Source: Fidelibacterota bacterium
Lineage (GTDB): Bacteria; Fidelibacterota; UBA2242
Reading direction: 5' to 3'
NCBI GenBank assembly: GCA_018002295.1
Contig: JAGNGI010000005.1
Span: forward strand, 1-63,595
DNA length: 63,595 bases
Below the pieces are notes generated by a model, which saw only the letters and a program-made list of their open reading frames with translations, had not been told where the DNA came from and made no database searches. A program made the translations under genes and the position numbers. Shown piece by piece: positions 39,577 to 48,572 of the stretch; within the stretch, counting starts at the first letter, position 1; each line of letters starts with the position of its first letter.

Positions 39577-40584
39577 TTATTTACATCTGTTATGTGCACG
39601 CACTACAAATTCCATGAAGTCTAGAGTTTCATCTAACGAGTGGTCGGTCATCGAAACATTGCACCACCTATGACCATACCTAACATTACTTGAATTATGC
39701 TTAATTTGCATTTCAACAAGAGGATTCACATGCATTATTTGAATGCTTGAATCGTCTCCTTCTTCCTTTTTGGAAGAACGCCAAGCTGGTTGCCATGTTG
39801 TACCTCTCTCAGATTTTCTAAATGCCTCTAAACCTTTTGAAATATTAAGAAGACATACTGGACATTTAGTAATATCCTCTTTTTTCGTAGGGAAAATATT
39901 CGTCGGTAATGAAATTTTGTTATTAATATTTTGTTTTTCAAGTATTTGCTTGATTTTGGTATAAAGCGAATCAAAATCAGCTCCGTATAAATCAACAGCT
40001 AAAGCAAGTCCTAAAATAGCATAGGTTTCAACCGAGTCCCACCAATTACACGCTTCAAGGGCAGGAATCACGCACGAATTTTGTGTCCATAAAGTATCTG
40101 ACCAATGTTTTAGAGTGTTAATGTGTGGATACCAATGTTCAGGAAGGGCGACAAATCTTTCTGGCATTTCATGTACTTTATCTGAGGGGAATTTAAGCTC
40201 CTTACCTTTCGCGTCTTTAACTACGAAAACTAAAATCTGACCGTCGTCTTGCCCGCCAATTTCTATTCTTTCTATTTTTCTTGCAAAACCTGGTTTATTT
40301 TCTGCAACAATTAAAGGATGCCATCTTAAATTTCTATTTGAAAAAGGGGCTTTGCCTTGCCGACCTCTTGTGCATATAGCATCTCTCTGTATTTTTCCGC
40401 CACCTAATCCCAAACCACCATCTCTTGTATAACTAATTTTACCGTATTCCTTTTCGAAGTCTTTTTTGGCTTCTTCATCGGGAATAGAATCGGAAATCGT
40501 TTTTGATATTGAATCGCATAATTCAATAGCCTTACGATCTAAATCTGTTAGAAAACTCGCACTTATTGTTCTTCCTGTGGCCAT
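39577..40584 (-). CDS. Putative restriction endonuclease with a C-terminal His-Me finger (HNH); resembles the BstXI family
   Basis: CPVC...MHVNPL...HNSSNVRYGHRWCN..MTDHSLDETLDFM; directly upstream of the methyltransferase (5 nt gap). The BstXI resemblance is from memory of the family pattern. Confidence 0.7.
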   Translation of the reverse strand: MATGRTISASFLTDLDRKAIELCDSISKTISDSIPDEEAKKDFEKEYGKISYTRDGGLGLGGGKIQRDAICTRGRQGKAPFSNRNLRWHPLIVAENKPGFARKIERIEIGGQDDGQILVFVVKDAKGKELKFPSDKVHEMPERFVALPEHWYPHINTLKHWSDTLWTQNSCVIPALEACNWWDSVETYAILGLALAVDLYGADFDSLYTKIKQILEKQNINNKISLPTNIFPTKKEDITKCPVCLLNISKGLEAFRKSERGTTWQPAWRSSKKEEGDDSSIQIMHVNPLVEMQIKHNSSNVRYGHRWCNVSMTDHSLDETLDFMEFVVRAHNRCK

Positions 40585-40588
40585 GTGT

Positions 40589-40783
40589 TTATTTTATTAA
40601 TTCCTCAATCGGCACATTTAGTGCCTTCGCAATTTTTTCAAGCGTCTCAATCGTCGGGTTATGTTGCTTGCCTGCCTCTATGTAAATAATAGTATTATTG
40701 GAAATATCGGCAAGTCGAGCCAGTTTTTCTTGCGACAAACCTAGTTTTTCTCTCAGCAGCTTTATTTTACTTGATTCTACCAT
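40589..40783 (-). CDS. XRE-family HTH regulator, putative RM controller (C) protein
   Basis: IKLLREKLGLSQEKLARLADISNNTIIYIEAGK.NPTIETLEKIAKAL; 64 aa; first gene of the operon, 4 nt before the endonuclease. Confidence 0.85.
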   Translation of the reverse strand: MVESSKIKLLREKLGLSQEKLARLADISNNTIIYIEAGKQHNPTIETLEKIAKALNVPIEELIK

Positions 40784-40820
40784 ATTATAATAGCAGTATT
40801 AAATTGTGTTATAAGAATTG

Positions 40821-40848
40821 TATACTAAATATTTTTATCCATAGTATA
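40821..40848. promoter_or_regulatory. Candidate operator (inverted repeat) upstream of the XRE gene
   Basis: TATACTA (40821-40827), 14 nt, TAGTATA (40842-40848), 37 nt upstream of the XRE start. Confidence 0.4.
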
Positions 40849-40924
40849 ATATTACCAAAATATTTGGAAATAGTAAAGAACAAAGGGAGTTCCTTAATCT
40901 TTTCTGTGCTGGGAGGGTGGGGCA

Positions 40925-40978
40925 AGGAAAAGAAAGAAAGGCCCGCCGAAGCGAGGGGCGAAGCCCCGAGTGAGGCAG
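40925..40978 (-). terminator. Island-encoded GC-rich hairpin plus U-rich tract immediately downstream of tRNA-Ala
   Basis: Minus strand GCC...GGGGC-TTC-GCCCC...GGCGGGC followed by CTTTCTTTCTTTT. Confidence 0.5.
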
Positions 40979-40988
40979 CTAATCAATA

Positions 40989-40993
40989 TGATG

Positions 40994-40996
<3 letters not shown>
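40989..40996 (+). repeat. Right att-like direct repeat TGATGTGG
   Basis: Overlaps the last three nucleotides of the tRNA-Ala gene; identical to 36316-36323. Confidence 0.6.
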
Positions 40997-41066
<70 letters not shown>

Positions 41067-41082
41067 TTACAAAAAGCGCATA

Positions 41083-41111
41083 AAATTACTATGAATTGTT
41101 TAGTAATGCAA
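41083..41111 (-). promoter_or_regulatory. Sigma70-like promoter for tRNA-Ala
   Basis: TTGCAT (41111-41106), 17 nt, TAATTT (41088-41083), 16 nt upstream of the tRNA. Confidence 0.5.
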
Positions 41112-41117
41112 GCCTTG

Positions 41118-42239
41118 TTAATCGCCCGCTGGTGTTATTTTATAACCTTTGGCGTTCATCCGCCTCTCAAAATCGTTCAATTTTTTACGAATTACAGGAT
41201 CGTCTTCTATTTTCTCATCCAATTCGATTAATTCATAATTGACCGGATTAACGATTTGACTTTTTTGACGTAATAATTCGTTTTGAGTTTCTTGGAGATC
41301 TCGAATTACTTTCAGTTGAGTCGGTTTGTCGGCATAATATTCCTCGATGCTTTTATCGCCGGCATTTGTTTTAAAAGACTTGAGCCGATTGGTGGCAGAT
41401 TCCAGCTGAACGCTAATATTGGAAATATCCTGCAACGGCTTTTTAGGTTGATTAATTTCAGCTGTAATGATTCCTACGTATTTCCCAGTTGTACCACAGC
41501 GGGCGATAAACCTGCCGTCAACCACTTCCAGATTACGCGAATAGCGATAGGAACCCGCCATTAAAATAAAATCTATTTTCTCTTTAATTGCTCCGAGTTT
41601 ATTTTCGTCACCAGCGGTCAAAGCCGCTAATACTATGATATAGTCAGCCTTTTTACGCAGTGCCGGCAAATATTTATTTAAAGTCTGAATGGGATCGGCA
41701 ATCCCGACACCGCGGTATTTTTCATTCCAGACCGAAGTCACACCGATTATACCAAAATTTTTATTACCGACTTTGACGATTTTATATGGTTCAAAAACCG
41801 GTTTGCCGGTCAATGTATCCACCACGTTTGCGGAGATGAAAGTAAACCGGGCTTTGGCTTGTAATTCTTTCAAAAAGTCGAGACCTAAGGCGAAATCATG
41901 TCCACCGACATTATAAGCGTCGTATTTTAAATTATTATAAATATCAACGATCAGTCGCGCAGTTTCTTGCTTAAGTTCTAATTGCTTTGCCTCGATTTCA
42001 TCTCGATCGAAGAAAAGGTTACCGGCGTCCAATGTCAAACTGTTCGGGTAATTCGTCCGATATTTATTGAAAACTTCTGCACGCCTAGCCAGACCGCCAA
42101 GCCGATGCGTTCGTCACCCACAGGGTTCGGTTTCACCCATAACCGAACCTGTGTATAGGATTGCAAAGCGCTCGGCGGCGTTTACCTGGCTCAGCAAGCC
42201 GACGAGTATTATGCAAATTAGCTTAAACAATTTCTTCAT
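41118..42239 (-). CDS. UshA-like (5'-nucleotidase/metallophosphoesterase fold) secreted selenoprotein, 373 aa with Sec at codon 42
   Basis: MKKLFKLICIILVGLLSQVNAAERFAILYTGSVMGETEPCG-(TGA 42116-42114)-RTHRLGGLARRAEVFNKYRTNYPNSLTLDAGN continues in frame into track ORF 41118..42038. The ATG overlaps the fni stop (ATGA); signal peptide; SECIS-like hairpin. Confidence 0.88.
42079..42108 (-). promoter_or_regulatory. Bacterial SECIS-like element
   Basis: The upper stem GCUUGGC/GCUAGGC (7 bp with GU pairs) starts exactly 11 nt after the UGA; loop GGUCUG; lower GCA/UGC pairing. Spacing and loop resemble the E. coli fdhF SECIS. Confidence 0.75.
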
Positions 42240-43291
42240 TTTACATTACTTAAATTGCTATTGTTTTTGATAATCTCTGAATTACCGCGGAAAGTTCCCA
42301 AAGTTTTACAACCGGTGCAAAACATTGCGTGCCGCAAAGTATCGCCGAATAAATTCACGGTTTCAGCCAATCCTTCGGCGCCCTGGGCGTACCAGGTACG
42401 TACGAATAAAGCCGCACCACCGCCCAGAGTTGCCCCAAGAGCAATGGCTTTCGCGAACTGAAGACCGGTTTCGATTCCTCCGGATGCAATGACATTAATG
42501 CCTTTGATTTTTACGGCTTCCAATAAAGCCGATACGGTTGGAATTCCCCATTCGAAAAATTCAGCGGCTAATCGTTTTCGATAGGAATCGGTAATGCGTT
42601 TGGCTTCAATCCTTGACCAGGAAGTGCCACCGGCACCCGCCACGTCAATCCACTTAATTCCCATTTTGCCTAAGCGTCTAATGACCCCGCTCGAAAGTCC
42701 AAAACCTACTTCTTTTACAATAATTGGAATTGGCAAAGTATCTTTTAAAATCTCAATTGCCTGACTGACATTACGGAATGCAGGATCGCCTTCCGGTTGG
42801 AGAGCTTCTTGAAGTGGGTTGAGGTGAATTGAGAGTGCGTCTGCTCCTATTTCATTCAGTAATAATTTTAATGTCTGAAGATCTATTCCTTCCGCCAACT
42901 GGACTGCGCCCAGATTAGCAATTAATGGAATATCCGGTGCATTCTCACGCACGACTGCGTAAGTTCCCAATACAGATTTATCAATTAAAGCCGGTCGCAA
43001 ACTGCCAATCCCTAGAGCGATACGAGCTTTATTGGCTACTTTCGCGAGAGCTTTATTGAGTTCTTTACCATCGCTTTCGCCGCCGCCAATTGGACAAATT
43101 ATCAGGGGTATTTGGAGTTGATATCCGAGAAATTCGCAGGTACAATCAACCTCACGGAGGTCTATTTCTGGTAAAGCGTTATGAATAAAGGTAAATTGTT
43201 CAAAACCGGTTGTTACTTTTTCATACTGAACATTCTCCTCGCAAATAATTCGGAGATGATCTTTTTTACGCTCGGTTATTTTATGAATCAT
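42236..43291 (-). CDS. fni: Type 2 (FMN-dependent) isopentenyl-diphosphate delta-isomerase
   Basis: RKKDHLRI, ALPEIDL, GIGSLR, HLNPLQEALQPEGD, VKEVGFG, DVAGAGGTSW, ASGGI. Confidence 0.93.
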   Translation of the reverse strand: MIHKITERKKDHLRIICEENVQYEKVTTGFEQFTFIHNALPEIDLREVDCTCEFLGYQLQIPLIICPIGGGESDGKELNKALAKVANKARIALGIGSLRPALIDKSVLGTYAVVRENAPDIPLIANLGAVQLAEGIDLQTLKLLLNEIGADALSIHLNPLQEALQPEGDPAFRNVSQAIEILKDTLPIPIIVKEVGFGLSSGVIRRLGKMGIKWIDVAGAGGTSWSRIEAKRITDSYRKRLAAEFFEWGIPTVSALLEAVKIKGINVIASGGIETGLQFAKAIALGATLGGGAALFVRTWYAQGAEGLAETVNLFGDTLRHAMFCTGCKTLGTFRGNSEIIKNNSNLSNVK

Positions 43292-43349
43292 TGCGGCAAA
43301 TCTATTTAATCGTCAGTATAATTCAAAATTACGTTTATCAGTATAAATA

Positions 43350-44105
43350 TTATTGCCGGTGAATTTTGTAACCAGCCCAGGATTGAGCAACTGGCATAAC
43401 TTCTAATTCGTTGACATTGACATGTGAGGGAAGGTGAGTGACCCAGAAGACCATTTCAGCAATGTCTTCAGCGGTCAAAGGCTGATAGCCTTGATAGACT
43501 GCTTGAGCTTTGGCAACGTTACCTTTGAACCGGATCAGTGAAAATTCGGTTTCGGCATTCCCGGGCTTGATATTAGTAACTCGAATCGCCGTTCCGCTGA
43601 CATCTGTTCGGAGATTACGACTAAACTGAGCTACGAAAGCTTTAGTGGCGCCATAGACATTACCGCCTTCATAAGGATAGGAGCCGGCTACCGAGCCAAT
43701 ATTAATAATATGCCCGGCATTCCTCGTAACCATACCGGGCAAAATCGCCCGAGTCACATACATTAAGCCTTTGATATTGGTATCTACCATCGCATCCCAG
43801 TCATCAAGATCGGCCGATTGAGCAGGTTCAAGACCGGCGGCTAAACCGGCATTGTTAACCAGAACATCCACTGCCTTAAATTTTTCCGGTAAATTGGTGA
43901 GAGTTTCCATAACTGCCTGACGCTGACGAATATCGAGAGTAATTGGTAATACAGTTACTTTTTCGCCGAGTTTGGCTGAAATAGCCATAAGGCGATCGGA
44001 GCGACGACCTATCAGAATCAAATTCCATCCTTCTGCGGCGAAACGCTCGGCGATACTTTTTCCAAATCCGGAAGTGGTTCCTGTGATTAAAATTGTTTTA
44101 GTCAT
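43350..44105 (-). CDS. NADP-dependent short-chain dehydrogenase (YdfG-like)
   Basis: ITGTTSGFG, LVNNAGLAAG, DTNIKG, YGATKAFV (YxxxK), PGNAETEFSLIRFKG. Confidence 0.88.
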   Translation of the reverse strand: MTKTILITGTTSGFGKSIAERFAAEGWNLILIGRRSDRLMAISAKLGEKVTVLPITLDIRQRQAVMETLTNLPEKFKAVDVLVNNAGLAAGLEPAQSADLDDWDAMVDTNIKGLMYVTRAILPGMVTRNAGHIINIGSVAGSYPYEGGNVYGATKAFVAQFSRNLRTDVSGTAIRVTNIKPGNAETEFSLIRFKGNVAKAQAVYQGYQPLTAEDIAEMVFWVTHLPSHVNVNELEVMPVAQSWAGYKIHRQ

Positions 44106-44364
44106 ATTTCTCCTTTCATAGGCGAAAATTTCAGAGTAACAATTTAAAAATGCAACTGGAAAATGCGATCGAGAAGCGAATACAAATTAAATTTAAATTA
44201 TAAAAATGTACATAAAAACTATTGGAAATCTCAGCTGGCAAAATTAAAATCCAAAGTTTGAAGATGTTTAGAATTATAAAAAATAAAAATATAAGTCAGA
44301 AACACTACAAAAATGTGTAAATATTTGACTTACTCCATTCTCTTACGATACACTAAGGAATAAT

Positions 44365-45798
44365 ATGGCAAATCAACGCAAGCGGAAGGTTGAAAATGGT
44401 TTAGTAGAAGGCCGACTTTCGCGTTCGATCTGGAAACTAGCGGCTCCGATGATGATTGGCGGGGCTTTGCTTGACCTTTTCTCGATAGTAGATTTATTTT
44501 TTGTTGGCAGGTTGGGTCATACAGAAGTAGCTGCTCTCTCTATTGCCGGGACAGTTATGGCAATCATGATGATGTTAGTTCAAGGTATAGGTGTAGGGAC
44601 AACAGCTTTAATTTCGCATTTTACCGGTGAAAAGAATTATGAGAAGTCGGATGAAGTTCTGGGGCAGACGCTTATTTTAGGATTAATCGGTTCGGCTATA
44701 ATGCTAGTTGTCTCATTTTTTCTGATTGAACCCCTTTTGAAACTTTTTGGTGCCACGGGTGAAGTATTAACCTATGCCGCAGATTATCTGCGAATAAATT
44801 TTAACTACTCTATCATTATTTTTCTTTTTAGCGGTGTGAATAGTGCATTACAGGGTTCCGGAGATGTCAGAACGCCTTTAAATGCCCTGATAATAGGAAA
44901 TGTTCTTAATATTATTCTTGATCCTTTACTGATTATGGGATTTGGACCATTTCCGGCAATGGGAGTATCAGGTTCCGCGGTAGCAACAGTAATAACCAGA
45001 GGAATTGGTCTTATATATCTTTTTGGTCACGTTCTTTTTGGCCATTCTACTATTCATTTAGGAAAAAGACATTTTAAACCAGACCCAGCCTTGATGCAAA
45101 GAATTGTGAGTATTGGCTTTTACGCTTCGCTTCAAGTATTTATTCGGGAAATATCATTTCTCTTTCTAATGCGTTTGGTTACGTCATATGGCGATGTCAC
45201 ATTGGCGGCGTATGGAATTGGTTCACGAATCAGGTCTTTCATTATGGTACCGGGTTTTGGATTTGCCAGCGCGGCGGCGGTCCTGGTGGGTCAAAATCTT
45301 GGGGCAGGAAAACCGGAGCGGGCTAAAAAATCAGCTTGGCGTGCGGTTATATATTACGAAACTATTGCGGTCCCAGTGGCATTAATTTTTCTGATCTTTG
45401 CGCCCACGATTGTAGGGATTTTTAATGATCATCCTGAAGTCATAACGATTGGCAGTTCCTTCTTACGTTATCTGGCAGTTACTTTTCCTTTTTTGGCATT
45501 TTCGCTGGTCTTTTCACAGGCTTTGAACGGCGCCGGTGATACCAGAACTGCTACCATTGTAAACGCCATTGGCCAGCTCGGTTTTCGGATACCTTTGGCT
45601 TATTTCTTTGCTCGTACGGTTGGATTAGGTTATACAGGTGTCTGGCTGGGTATTAATGCCTCTGATGTTGTTCAAGGTATTGGAATGATACTTGTCTTTA
45701 ATGCTGGACATTGGCAAAAGGTATTTTTAAAGCATAAAAAGAAATTAGCTTACGATTTAGAACCAAGAGAAATTATCACAGAGTTGCCTACAAATTAG
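44365..45798 (+). CDS. MATE-family efflux transporter
   Basis: 12 TM; DLFFVGRLG, GSGDVRTP, NIILDPLLI.G.G.FP.MG.SG.A.AT, LAAYGIG.RI, GAGDTR. Confidence 0.9.
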   Translation: MANQRKRKVENGLVEGRLSRSIWKLAAPMMIGGALLDLFSIVDLFFVGRLGHTEVAALSIAGTVMAIMMMLVQGIGVGTTALISHFTGEKNYEKSDEVLGQTLILGLIGSAIMLVVSFFLIEPLLKLFGATGEVLTYAADYLRINFNYSIIIFLFSGVNSALQGSGDVRTPLNALIIGNVLNIILDPLLIMGFGPFPAMGVSGSAVATVITRGIGLIYLFGHVLFGHSTIHLGKRHFKPDPALMQRIVSIGFYASLQVFIREISFLFLMRLVTSYGDVTLAAYGIGSRIRSFIMVPGFGFASAAAVLVGQNLGAGKPERAKKSAWRAVIYYETIAVPVALIFLIFAPTIVGIFNDHPEVITIGSSFLRYLAVTFPFLAFSLVFSQALNGAGDTRTATIVNAIGQLGFRIPLAYFFARTVGLGYTGVWLGINASDVVQGIGMILVFNAGHWQKVFLKHKKKLAYDLEPREIITELPTN

Positions 45799-45993
45799 CG
45801 CAAATAGGAACTTTCAGAATTCAGTAATCGTTACCTAGCTTAATGAAAATTTTGGTGAGATAAATTGAAAATTAATTTTCAGATATTTTGAATTGTAATT
45901 TCTTTGAAAGAATCCTAAATCATTATAAAAAAATGGGTCGCAAGCTAAAATCATAAAAAATTAGATACGATTCAATAAAGGGATAACGTTAAT

Positions 45994-46767
45994 ATGATAA
46001 TCAAAATGGTCTTGGTAGGTATTTTCACAGGTATAGTAACTGGCTTGACCGGTGCATCAGGTGTGATGGTGGTGGTGCCATTATTGAGTATACTAACGGA
46101 TTTCTCTGTCCATGAAGCTATTGGGACAAGTTTGATAGTTGATGTTATAGCTCCCTTGGCAATATCTTATGTTTATTTTAAGCATAAAAATATAGATATA
46201 AAATCCGGAATATGGATAGCCGTCGGGTCAATTATCGGAGCCCAATTAGGCGCAAGTTTTGCCGGTGGAATATCAGAGGTAGGTTTAGGCGGTACATTTG
46301 GAATTTTTATGGTGATTATGGGCATTCTTATCTGGAAAAGAGGACTAAATCACGAGTCTTTAGCAAAAGTAATGAAAAAGGTCGCAAAATTTGAAACCCA
46401 AACTCAAAGAATTGTGACTGCTCTAATTTTAGGATTTTTAGTTGGTATTATGACAGGAGTATTAGGGGCAGGGGGTGGAGGTATGATATTATTAATTTTA
46501 ATATTCGTTCTAAATTTTCCTATTCATATAGCAATTGGGACCTCAGCTCTAATAATGGCGATAACGGCTTGTTCTGGAGCGATAGGGTATGCTTTACATG
46601 GTAATACAAAGCCAGTTGAGGGATTAATATTGGGCATTAGCGCGGCGGGTAGTGGAATGTTCAGCGCTAAGTTCGCTAACAAAGCCAACGAACAGACTTT
46701 AGGTAAGATCATTGGGGTAATATTTTTACTACTTGGGATAATAATGACTATTTTAAATTTTAGATAA
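45994..46767 (+). CDS. Sulfite exporter TauE/SafE (TSUP) family membrane protein
   Basis: GLTGASGVMVVVP, AIGTSL, GVLGAGGGGMI, AIGTS internal repeat. Confidence 0.85.
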   Translation: MIIKMVLVGIFTGIVTGLTGASGVMVVVPLLSILTDFSVHEAIGTSLIVDVIAPLAISYVYFKHKNIDIKSGIWIAVGSIIGAQLGASFAGGISEVGLGGTFGIFMVIMGILIWKRGLNHESLAKVMKKVAKFETQTQRIVTALILGFLVGIMTGVLGAGGGGMILLILIFVLNFPIHIAIGTSALIMAITACSGAIGYALHGNTKPVEGLILGISAAGSGMFSAKFANKANEQTLGKIIGVIFLLLGIIMTILNFR

Positions 46768-46953
46768 TGTTGCAGATATTAGCGCATTCCAAATAGCAAA
46801 CCATTGAGTATTTCTGGGAAATAAAAGAGTTAAATAATGTGAAAGTTTTTTTCCTCCCCCGAGGTTAGAAGATTCAATTTTTATTTTAACCAGGATAACA
46901 ATAATTGGACATAGCTGATTCCATTTCCCAGTGAATTAAAACAATAATAGTTA

Positions 46954-48231
46954 TTGTGCAACTTATTGAATTGTATCATATTCAGGATAATGATTAATAC
47001 GAAAATAATTACTAAAGAAAAAGCGCCTACCAACTCTGGCTCAGATTCAGAGAAACTTGGCCTATACCTGCACTTTCCGTTCTGCCTGCGGAAATGCCGC
47101 TATTGTGATTTTGCTTCCGAAGATCAAAGACTCGAGCGTATTCCTGCCTATACTGAAGCATTAGTAAAGGAAATAGCCTTACGAGCCGATCAACAGGCGG
47201 AGCGAGCTGAATTGCAAACAATCTACTTCGGTGGTGGGACTCCCAATCTCTTCGGTATAAATAATTTTGGTAAAGTGACTCAGGCTATTCGAGAATATTA
47301 CCTTACGAAAAATGTTGCAGAATTTACGGTTGAAATTAATCCGGGTGTGTTAACGGCTGAATTTATGGAGTCATTAAAAGCGGAAGGGGTCAACCGCCTT
47401 AGCCTTGGTGCTCAGTCATATAATGACGATGAATTGCGTACTCTAGGACGTATTCATAAGAGTCAGGAAATTGAAGTAGCCATTGAGCAATTGAGACAAA
47501 CCGGATTTTCAAATTTTAGCCTGGATTTTATCTACGGCATTCCCGGACAAACACTAAGTAGTTGGCAAAAAACAGTCGAAGAAGCCCTGCGAACAGGCGC
47601 TCCGCATCTTTCGTTGTATTGTCTAAGTTATGAAAGGGGTACACCACTATATCAAGCGCAGATGAACGGTGAAATCCAGGTGATTGATGAAGAACTGGAA
47701 TGGCAAATGTTCCAAACCGCGCATAACCTGCTGGTAAACGCCGGATTTCGGCATTATGAAATTTCAAATTTTGCCAAACCTGGTTTCGAGGCGCGACATA
47801 ACTCGATTTACTGGAAGGGAGGAAGATACTTTGGATTCGGAGCCGCTGCCCATTCATACGACGGGCAAAAACGCTGGTGGAATGAACGTTTGGTGGATAA
47901 TTATATTCAAGTCTTACAGAATAATCGCTTACCGGTCGCCGGTCAAGAAATATTAAGCCCTTCCGATCGAATAATCGAAACAATTTTTTTGGGATTGCGC
48001 ACAGCTGAAGGTTTAGATATTGCGTTATTGGAAAAATTTTCCGGTATTGAATTCGCGTACATTTATAGCAAATTAATAAATAAGATTGGCGACAATCCCG
48101 AGCAGTTATTTGCTTTGCAAGAGGGACATTTAATTCTGACGACGCGTGGGTGGTTTCTCTGCGATTCAATCACTGAAAAAATTTTAACAATCATCGAGGA
48201 GACAAAGAATGATAATCCGAAAAGTAAATGA
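46954..48231 (+). CDS. hemW: Radical SAM heme chaperone HemW (HemN-like)
   Basis: LYLHFPFCLRKCRYCDF, YFGGGTP, NRLSLGAQS, YEISNFAKPG..ARHNSIYW (HNxxYW). The true start is probably downstream of 46954. Confidence 0.88.
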   Translation: MCNLLNCIIFRIMINTKIITKEKAPTNSGSDSEKLGLYLHFPFCLRKCRYCDFASEDQRLERIPAYTEALVKEIALRADQQAERAELQTIYFGGGTPNLFGINNFGKVTQAIREYYLTKNVAEFTVEINPGVLTAEFMESLKAEGVNRLSLGAQSYNDDELRTLGRIHKSQEIEVAIEQLRQTGFSNFSLDFIYGIPGQTLSSWQKTVEEALRTGAPHLSLYCLSYERGTPLYQAQMNGEIQVIDEELEWQMFQTAHNLLVNAGFRHYEISNFAKPGFEARHNSIYWKGGRYFGFGAAAHSYDGQKRWWNERLVDNYIQVLQNNRLPVAGQEILSPSDRIIETIFLGLRTAEGLDIALLEKFSGIEFAYIYSKLINKIGDNPEQLFALQEGHLILTTRGWFLCDSITEKILTIIEETKNDNPKSK

Positions 48232-48547
48232 AGTGCTATCAGAACCGGTCGTTGAGCCGGGCGCTGAGAAAGTTCGTCGCCAGGTACTACTTTCCCCGAG
48301 TGAAGGTGCGCCACATTTTACCTTGCGCCGATTCGAGATTGCTCCTGGTGGACAAACTATGTATCATCACCACAATTATGAACACGAAATCTATGTTCTG
48401 GCGGGAGTTGGTAAAGCGCGTGGGAGGAATTCCGAAGTCCGAATCAATCAAGATGATGCGATTCTGGTTTTGCCTAATGAAGAGCACCAGATTGTTAATA
48501 CAGGTATTACCCCATTGATATTTTTGTGCCTGATTCCGAATCAGTAA
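48209..48547 (+). CDS. Cupin-domain protein
   Basis: FTLRRFEIAPGG..YHHHNYEHEIYVLAG.G and EEHQIVN metal-binding motifs. Confidence 0.88.
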   Translation: MIIRKVNEVLSEPVVEPGAEKVRRQVLLSPSEGAPHFTLRRFEIAPGGQTMYHHHNYEHEIYVLAGVGKARGRNSEVRINQDDAILVLPNEEHQIVNTGITPLIFLCLIPNQ

Positions 48548-48572
48548 CTTTTAAATTAAGCAGATAAAATAA

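Noticed and set aside
41118-42038. Track ORF as a complete 306-aa protein, or the TGA as a pseudogene stop
   Set aside because: It starts at a TTG inside the domain; the signal peptide, CxU context and SECIS-like hairpin favour recoding.
42067-42270. 67-aa + strand ORF
   Set aside because: Antisense to the true N-terminus of the selenoprotein.
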